Shown piece after piece: positions 58,037 through 64,000 of a DNA stretch of 64,000 nt (positions within the stretch are counted from its first letter, which is position 1; each line of letters opens with the position of its first letter). The stretch is from Phycisphaerae bacterium (GTDB taxonomy: Bacteria; Planctomycetota; Phycisphaerae; SM23-33): NCBI GenBank assembly GCA_046541415.1, contig JBKHDI010000003.1, positions 33,879 to 97,878 of the forward strand, read 5' to 3'. The notes under the pieces were generated by a model. It searched no databases, was not told the origin of the DNA, and saw nothing but the letters and a program-made list of their open reading frames with translations. Both the position numbers and the translations under genes were made by a program.

Positions 58037-58230
58037 CGCTGCACCGCAGCGCCGCTTGCGGCGACGCGGGACAGACTCAATCTTTCACGAAGGAATTGCC
58101 GTCCATACCTCCGGGACCTCCGCAGGGACCAGAAATCGATCACCCGCCCCATCCGAAATTCTCTGCGCATCGCCTGCCCGCCCGGATATACCCTCATTGT
58201 AGCAGACAACACCTAAACGAGGACCCCGCC

Positions 58231-59748
58231 ATGCAAACCCGCTCGATCGCCCTGACCGCCGTTGCCGTCTGCCTCGCCGCGGCCTCCGCCGGTGGGCAGC
58301 AAAGCTTCACCACCACCCACGAAGGCCTGGAGCTGACCCTGCTGCCCCTGCGCAACGTCTATGCCCCGGGCGAGCCGCTGCAACTGCAGGTGATCTACAA
58401 AAACGTGTCGAAACAGCCCGTCGCCATCGCCAACCCCGACTACGGATGGGATATCCAGGTCGGGGACTGGAAAGCCCAGCCGACCGTCGACGCAGCCCAG
58501 GCCGAGCGGGTCATCGTCCTCCAGCCCGGCCAGAGCCACACCGCCGAGATGATGGACCTCGGGTACGTCTGGATCAAGGGCGGGCCGGTCAACAAGACGC
58601 TGCCCGAAGGGTACGCCCACCCGACGAAGGTCACCGTCAAGCTCCACCAGCCGGGTAACCTGCCCAAGGGCATCGAAAAGGATCAGGTCTGGACGGGACC
58701 TGTCAAGCTGGGGCCGGTGGGCATCGGCGTGTTCGACGAAGCGAAGCTGTCTGCCGGGCCGCTTGTCGGCCAAATCATCGCCCGCCAGCAGACCTACCTG
58801 CTGAGCGAGGAATTGGCGGACAAGGACGCGGCCGAGACGATCAAGAAGCAGGCCCAGGATGGGCGGACCGAGCTGTCGGTCCCGAAGACCGACCTGGTCT
58901 TCCGCATGTACAACGTCTCGGACAAGGCCCACAGCATCAACATCGGCGGCGACGCCTCGCAGATGAAGCTCCGCCTGGTCGGCCCCGGGGCGGTCAACGT
59001 GGAATTCATGGTCATGATGACCATGGAATTCCGCATGGGCAAGGACGTGACGATCAAGCCGGGCGAGTACCACGACATCCCGATCGAGTCGCTGCATCAC
59101 GGCAAGCGCGGCATTTCGGCGGGAAGCTTCTGGACCCAACCGGGCAGCTACGCCCTGGAAGCGACCTACAGCACCCCGGTCGACGGAAACGCACGCAAGA
59201 ACATCTCCGCCGCCCCGGTCCTGCTGCACGTCCAGAAGCCCGAGACCGAGCTGCCCGCCCTGCAGGCCTGCCTGGAAGTCAGGCAGCTGGAGTACGAGCT
59301 GACCAAGGAGCTGGCCGGCAGGGGCGTCGTCGGCCTGAAGCCCGACCAGCGCGGCGGCGTCCGGAACCTGCCGGCCGTGCCGTCGGTCGAGATGGTCCTG
59401 CACATCAAGAACACCTCCGATCAGGCGATCACGCTGAACAAGGGCGGCGATCAGTCGCGGCTGGAACTGCAGTTGGTCGGGCCCGGCGCGGTAACCCTGG
59501 ACAATCTGCCGGTGATGATGACGCGTGAATTCCGCATGGGTCAGGACGTCAAGCTCCAGCCGGGCGAGTCGATGGACCTGCCCGTCGAGGGCCTCTCCTT
59601 CGGCATGCGGAACCTCACCGGCCGATGCTACTGGACCCAGGCCGGGGTGCACTACCTCGTCGCCAGCTACACCACGCCGGTCAACGGCGGCAGCACCTGG
59701 ACCATCACCGCCCCGGCCGCGGCGATCCGCGTGGTCGAACCGGAGTAA
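58231..59748 (+). CDS. secreted hypothetical protein with tandem ~110-aa internal repeats
   Basis: Start MQTRSIALTAVAVCLAAASAGG (signal peptide); the track ORF starts at 58096. Two clearly homologous repeats are visible: ...INIGGDASQMKLRLVGPGAVNVEFMVMMTMEFRMGKDVTIKPGEYHDIPIE... and ...TLNKGGDQSRLELQLVGPGAVTLDNLPVMMTREFRMGQDVKLQPGESMDLPVE.... A more divergent copy lies N-terminal to them. Confidence 0.5.
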   Translation: MQTRSIALTAVAVCLAAASAGGQQSFTTTHEGLELTLLPLRNVYAPGEPLQLQVIYKNVSKQPVAIANPDYGWDIQVGDWKAQPTVDAAQAERVIVLQPGQSHTAEMMDLGYVWIKGGPVNKTLPEGYAHPTKVTVKLHQPGNLPKGIEKDQVWTGPVKLGPVGIGVFDEAKLSAGPLVGQIIARQQTYLLSEELADKDAAETIKKQAQDGRTELSVPKTDLVFRMYNVSDKAHSINIGGDASQMKLRLVGPGAVNVEFMVMMTMEFRMGKDVTIKPGEYHDIPIESLHHGKRGISAGSFWTQPGSYALEATYSTPVDGNARKNISAAPVLLHVQKPETELPALQACLEVRQLEYELTKELAGRGVVGLKPDQRGGVRNLPAVPSVEMVLHIKNTSDQAITLNKGGDQSRLELQLVGPGAVTLDNLPVMMTREFRMGQDVKLQPGESMDLPVEGLSFGMRNLTGRCYWTQAGVHYLVASYTTPVNGGSTWTITAPAAAIRVVEPE

Positions 59749-59893
59749 GACCCACAGGCCCAGCCAACTTTTGCCTGTCAAGCGCAATGCCCCCAGGCCT
59801 GGCGCTCGACGCCCCGGATGTGCGCGAGCCTTATCCCAAGCCGACCCGGGTTCTGCATGGACACCGGCTGGGCAGTCTGGCAGGATAGACCGG

Positions 59894-60673
59894 ATGGACA
59901 GACCCACCCGGAACATCAAGCTGATCGTCGCGTACAACGGCGCTGCCTACCACGGCTGGCAGAGGCAGGCCGACGGGATCGACACCGTGCAACTGCGTGT
60001 CGAGCAGGCGGCCTCGGCCGTCTGCAAGCACCCGGTGACGGTGCATGGTTCGGGGCGAACCGACGCCGGCGTGCACGCGGCCGGGCAGGTGGCCAACTTC
60101 CACACGCCCAACCTCACCGTGCCGCTGAGCGGCCTGCGGCGGGCGATGAACTCGCGTCTCCCGGCCGACATCGCCATCCGCTCTGCGGCGGTCGTGCCCG
60201 ACGATTTCCACGCCTCGATCTCGGCGATCGGCAAGACGTACCGCTACCGCATCTGCGTCGGGCCCACCCGCCCGGTCGATCGGGCCCGGCTGGTCTACCA
60301 CTACTGGAGGCCCCTGGAGCTCGAACCGATGATCGACGCGGCCGCCCGGCTGGTCGGCACGCACGACTTCCGGTCCCTCGCCTCGTCACAGGAGCAGCGG
60401 GAGAACACGGTCCGGACCATCACGGCCTGCGATGTCAGCCAGATCGGCGACGAGATCCACGTGCAGGTCAGCGGCACGGGCTTCCTCTACCACATGGTCC
60501 GGAACATCACCGGGACGCTGATCGAGGTCGGTCGCGGCCGATGGAGCCCCGAACACATCGGGCCGATGCTGGCCTCGCTGGACCGCAAGCACGCCGGGCC
60601 CACCGCCCCGCCGGACGGGCTGAGCCTCATCCGCGTCCACTACCGCCCGGAGGATATCGCCCCGCCGGCGTAG
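59894..60673 (+). CDS. truA: tRNA pseudouridine(38-40) synthase
   Basis: Start MDRPTRNIKLIVAYNGAAYHGWQRQ. The catalytic Asp lies in GSGRTDAGVHA, and YRY and FLYHMVRNI are present. Confidence 0.85.
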   Translation: MDRPTRNIKLIVAYNGAAYHGWQRQADGIDTVQLRVEQAASAVCKHPVTVHGSGRTDAGVHAAGQVANFHTPNLTVPLSGLRRAMNSRLPADIAIRSAAVVPDDFHASISAIGKTYRYRICVGPTRPVDRARLVYHYWRPLELEPMIDAAARLVGTHDFRSLASSQEQRENTVRTITACDVSQIGDEIHVQVSGTGFLYHMVRNITGTLIEVGRGRWSPEHIGPMLASLDRKHAGPTAPPDGLSLIRVHYRPEDIAPPA

Positions 60674-61458
60674 TGGTGCAGGATAATCCCCGCTGCCACG
60701 GCCACGTTGAGCGAATCGAATCGGCCGGGCATGTCGATGCGGACTCGCTGGTCGCAGGCGGCCAGGGTCACCGCGTCGATCCCCTCGTACTCGTTGCCCA
60801 GCACGATCGCCACGCGCATCGGCATTGGTGCGTCGCGCAGCGAGACCGCGTCGGGCTCGTCAGCTACCGCGGCGACACAAGTAAAACCCCGCCGGGCCCG
60901 CAGCGTCGCCAGGTCGGCTGCCAGGTCCTGCGAACGGACGATCGGCAGCTGGAAGACCGCCCCCATGGACGTCCGGACGCTGTGGCGGTAGTACGGATCG
61001 CAGCAGCGCGGACCCAGCAGCACGCCGGCGGCGCCCATCGCGCGGGCTGAGCGGAGGACGGCCCCGAGGTTGTTGGCCATGCTCAGATCGGGCAGAACGA
61101 CGAGCATCTGCGCCTGTCCCGGGGTATCGCCCCATTCGTCCAGCCGCATCGGCTCGGGGCGGATGCCCGCTGCGATGATGCCCGAATGGAACTGGTAGCC
61201 CACCACCTCGTGGATCACCGGCTCAGGGACGGTGTAGAGAGGCAGATCGGGCGGAATACGAGCGATGATCGAGCCCAGCCGGCGCTGGGAGACCAGGACC
61301 GATTCGACGGCGAGGCTGCTTTCCAGCAGGCGCTCGACCAGAAGCTTGCCCTCGGCGACGAACCGCCCGGCCATGTTGTCCAGCGTCCGGTCGGGCAGGT
61401 TGCGGTAGACCGCGATCCGCGGATCGTCCAGGGATTCGATGGGGATCGGTTCGCCCAC
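60640..61458 (-). CDS. TrmH/SpoU family RNA 2'-O-methyltransferase
   Basis: A SPOUT fold with N-terminal substrate-binding domain. Motifs VVLPDLSMANNLGAVLRSA, IVLGNEYEGI and SLNVAVAAGIILH. The 3' end overlaps truA convergently by 34 nt. Confidence 0.7.
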   Translation of the reverse strand: MGEPIPIESLDDPRIAVYRNLPDRTLDNMAGRFVAEGKLLVERLLESSLAVESVLVSQRRLGSIIARIPPDLPLYTVPEPVIHEVVGYQFHSGIIAAGIRPEPMRLDEWGDTPGQAQMLVVLPDLSMANNLGAVLRSARAMGAAGVLLGPRCCDPYYRHSVRTSMGAVFQLPIVRSQDLAADLATLRARRGFTCVAAVADEPDAVSLRDAPMPMRVAIVLGNEYEGIDAVTLAACDQRVRIDMPGRFDSLNVAVAAGIILHHYAGGAISSGR

Positions 61459-61467
61459 GGGTCGACC

Positions 61468-62676
61468 TCAGAACGAATCCAGCCGACGGAGCATGGGCTG
61501 GCGAGCGGGAAAGAGGGCTTCCAGCAGCAGCGGCGCATCGCCCTGGAGCTTCAGGCCCGCGTCCCGGGCGACCTGGGCCGGCTGGTCCGAGCCGATCAGC
61601 AGTCGGGCCGCGGCCGGGCCTGCCTCGACGCCGTGCTGGCCCAGCGACTCAGCCGGTGCGACCTGGATCTTCCCCTCCCGGATCTTCAGCGCGACCCGGT
61701 CGACGCCGTCGCCGATACCGAACCGTCCCTGCCAGCCATGCGCTGGCGAACAGGCCAGCCGTGCCTGCAACTCTGGCCGCATCTTCCGCAGGCAGGAAAG
61801 CAGATTCACCGTCCGAACCATGGGCCCGCCGGAGCGGGCGAACTTCTCGGTGCGCGTCCCGTCGTTGGTCCGCAGCCACTGGGCTGTCCCATCGCCTGCG
61901 GGCAGCGAAGGAAAGTGGACCGTAGAGGCACCCGCTTTCGTGGCCAGATGTCGCAGGGCGCCCAGGGCCAGCTCCGCCGGACCGCCGGCCTCGACGCACT
62001 CGAATCGGCCGCCGCCTTTCCCGGTCACGACGTACCCGACGATGCGGCCATCAGACTCCCAGCACCACCCCTGACGCCGGGGGGGCAGCTGGCGGCAGGT
62101 CGGGCGGATGGCCGAGGCGACGAGTCCCGCGTGGCTGCGGTTATACAACTCGGCGATCCGCTCATCCAGCGGCGAGCACTTGCGCAGCTTCATCGACGCC
62201 GGCTTTTCGGGCAAACGGGCCGTCTGCACCTGCCAGTCCGTATCCGGCCAACCGGCGACGTAGCCGAACCGGTGGTAGAAGTCGCCAATGCCGAAGAGCA
62301 CCGAGAAGTCGTACCCCGCCTGGCGGATGCGGTCGAGCCCGGCTAAGGCCGTGGCAGCCATCAGCCCTTTGCCCCGCAGGTCCCCCGCGGTGGCGACCGC
62401 CCCGATACCCGCCGTTGCGAGCCTGGCCCGCCCGACCCGCATCCGGTACCCCCACACGCCCCAGTGGGTGACGATCCGCCCGTCGATCCGCCCGATCGTC
62501 GAGGCCTCGGCATCGTAGTGTTCAGGGTGGAAGTAGGCTTCTGCCTCGGCCAGCCAGTCGTAGTAGTGGTGCGACCCGGAGAAGCACTTGGCCGTCAGGT
62601 CGAAGATATCCTGGCGGTCCTCGGGCGTCGACGGGCAGGACAACTCCAAGCGATGGAAAGGGGATTCTGGCGGCAT
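61468..62676 (-). CDS. GNAT family N-acetyltransferase, Eis-like (with SCP2-like C-terminal domain)
   Basis: Start MPPESPFH with an aggag RBS; the ORF is open to 62805. The acetyl-CoA motif is IGAVATAGDLRGKGLM...FGIGDFYHRFGY, with a C-terminal sterol-carrier-like domain as in Eis-type enzymes. Confidence 0.6.
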   Translation of the reverse strand: MPPESPFHRLELSCPSTPEDRQDIFDLTAKCFSGSHHYYDWLAEAEAYFHPEHYDAEASTIGRIDGRIVTHWGVWGYRMRVGRARLATAGIGAVATAGDLRGKGLMAATALAGLDRIRQAGYDFSVLFGIGDFYHRFGYVAGWPDTDWQVQTARLPEKPASMKLRKCSPLDERIAELYNRSHAGLVASAIRPTCRQLPPRRQGWCWESDGRIVGYVVTGKGGGRFECVEAGGPAELALGALRHLATKAGASTVHFPSLPAGDGTAQWLRTNDGTRTEKFARSGGPMVRTVNLLSCLRKMRPELQARLACSPAHGWQGRFGIGDGVDRVALKIREGKIQVAPAESLGQHGVEAGPAAARLLIGSDQPAQVARDAGLKLQGDAPLLLEALFPARQPMLRRLDSF

Positions 62677-62692
62677 GGTTGGCTCCTGGGAA

Positions 62693-63694
62693 TCAATCGG
62701 TGCGTTCGGACCGGGACGGGTCGGCCTGCCACATGTCGATGCTCTCGCCCAGGGCGCTTTTGACCGGTTCGGTCGCCTCGGACAGAGCTGCCAGTGTCGA
62801 CTCATCGAGTTGCAGGTCGCCGGCGGCGGCGTTATCGGCGGCCTGGGCCGCGTTGCGGGCCCCGGCGATGGCGCTGGTCACGGCCGGCTGGGCCAGAAGC
62901 CACGCCAGCGAGACGTGGGCCATGGGCTTGCCCAGCTGCTCGGCGATCTGGCCGATGCGCTTCACGGCGGCAAACGTCTCTGCCTCGCAGCCGGCCTGGC
63001 CGTGCAGGGCATGCGGCCTGCTCGACGAGAAGTGTCGCGTCCGGGCCCGGTCTTCCGGCACGTCGTCGGCCGAGCTGAACTTGCCCGCCAGCAGCCCCTG
63101 CAGGATCGGGCTGTAGCAGAGGATCGAAACGCCGCTTTCGGCGCAGAGCGGCTGGACGTGCTGCTCGCAGCCTCTAAAGAGCAGGCTGAAGGCGATCTGG
63201 TTGCTGACGATCTCGGCGGTCTGGAGGGCAGGTGCGAGATACCCGCGGCCGAAGTTGGACACCCCGATGGCGCGGATTTTGCCCTCCTTGCGGAGCTTCT
63301 GCATCTCGGCCAGCGAATCAGCCAGGGGCACCTCGTCGCTGGGCCAGTGGATCTGCAGCAGGTCGACGCAATCGGTCCGCAGGCGGCGGAGGGACTGCTC
63401 GCAGCTCTTGCGCAGCTCGGCTGGGGCCAGGTCGGACCGGCGGATCTTGGTGGCCAGCACCAGCTCGTGACGCTGTTCGGCCAAGGCTTCGGCCACCAGT
63501 TGTTCGCTCTGGCCATCGCCGTAGGCGCTGGCGGTGTCGAAGAAGTTGATGCCCGCATCGAACGCGGTTCGCAGCGCGGCGATGGAGTCCGACCGGTCCT
63601 GCGGCCCCCAGTTGAAGCCCCCCACGATCGACCAGCACCCCTGGCAGATGGCGGATACGCGGATGTCCGTCTTGCCCAGTGTTCTCATGTCCAT
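62693..63694 (-). CDS. aldo/keto reductase
   Basis: Start MDMRTLGKTDIRVSAICQGCW with RBS aaggacg; the ORF is open to 63814. It has the AKR catalytic tetrad context (FFDTASAYGDGQSE; Lys in LVLATKI; HW in LQIHWP). Confidence 0.85.
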   Translation of the reverse strand: MDMRTLGKTDIRVSAICQGCWSIVGGFNWGPQDRSDSIAALRTAFDAGINFFDTASAYGDGQSEQLVAEALAEQRHELVLATKIRRSDLAPAELRKSCEQSLRRLRTDCVDLLQIHWPSDEVPLADSLAEMQKLRKEGKIRAIGVSNFGRGYLAPALQTAEIVSNQIAFSLLFRGCEQHVQPLCAESGVSILCYSPILQGLLAGKFSSADDVPEDRARTRHFSSSRPHALHGQAGCEAETFAAVKRIGQIAEQLGKPMAHVSLAWLLAQPAVTSAIAGARNAAQAADNAAAGDLQLDESTLAALSEATEPVKSALGESIDMWQADPSRSERTD

Positions 63695-63852
63695 GTGGAT
63701 CGTCCTTTCCAGTCTCTGAGAACCCGATGGTATCCGGCAGGCGGGGAGGGAGCAACTCCGCGGCTTGTCGACAGCAGCGGAGGCCCAGGAGAAAAACGGG
63801 CGACCCTGTTGCAAAGGGCCGCCCGGGAAGCGGGGCGAATTGCGGTCTCGCT

Positions 63853-64000
63853 CAGCGCCTGCCCCGGCGGCGGATCAAGCCCAGCCCGCCCAGGGCCAGC
63901 AGGCACATCGTGGCCGGCTCGGGGATCGTGGCGATTGTCAACTCACCCGTCGTCTGGTCATACCCGCCGGACCAGGCGGCCGGGAGGACCAGGTTGAAGC
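63853..64000 (-). CDS. PEP-CTERM sorting-domain protein, C-terminal fragment (gene continues beyond the window)
   Basis: My own reverse-complement translation of the last 148 nt gives ...TIATIPEPATMCLLALGGLGLIRRRGRR*. That is a PEP motif, a hydrophobic helix and an Arg-rich tail, the PEP-CTERM exosortase-substrate signature. Confidence 0.55.

Noticed and set aside
1-64000. CRISPR arrays, rRNA, tRNA and mobile elements
   Set aside because: No direct-repeat/spacer periodicity was seen, no transposase or integrase ORFs were found, and no T-arm-like GGTTCGAnTCC motifs were found in the ~25 intergenic regions I read. I cannot run tRNAscan or Infernal, so small ncRNAs cannot be excluded.

Overview
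This is a ~66% GC, gene-dense chromosomal window that looks Planctomycetota-like. The clues are a PEP-CTERM tail at the 3' edge, secreted prenyltransferase/squalene-oxidase-repeat and DUF5107-TPR proteins, a pseudopilin-like protein, and a full LPS/outer-membrane set. I resolve about 50 CDS. I see no rRNA, tRNA, CRISPR array or obvious mobile element. The content is mostly housekeeping (icd, lpxK, mfd, tyrS, ppdK, alr, asd, truA, rmuC) interleaved with several blocks. (1) A complete ferrous-iron uptake locus on the minus strand: a DtxR-family regulator with a FeoA domain, feoA, feoB, a FeoB-associated Cys-rich peptide that is missing from the supplied ORF track, DUF2023 and a tiny ORF, preceded by an unusually AT-rich repeat-bearing operator region. 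(2) The conserved bamA-skp-lpxD-(lpxC/fabZ fusion)-lpxA outer-membrane/lipid A cluster. Here it carries two tandem LpxA paralogs, the first apparently lacking the catalytic His motif, followed by a translationally coupled Gfo/Idh/MocA oxidoreductase that may be GnnA-like and would suggest GlcNAc3N-type lipid A. (3) An HTH(Xis-like)-GspE-like protein whose Walker A and His-box look degenerate, a probable pseudo-ATPase, near a pseudopilin-like hypothetical protein. (4) A glycan-utilisation stretch (GH42, GH42-like, GH3, metallophosphoesterase, Gfo/Idh/MocA). (5) A tandem pair of zinc-ribbon membrane-protein paralogs plus a polytopic membrane protein downstream of alr. (6) A secreted protein with tandem internal repeats. 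I did not find a canonical defence system. The most novel-looking items are the degenerate LpxA paralog arrangement, the HTH-GspE pseudo-ATPase, and the GmhB-phosphatase/disordered-linker/TM fusion next to lpxK. Many long antisense ORFs in the track are high-GC shadow ORFs and are rejected. All coordinates and motif calls were made by eye.
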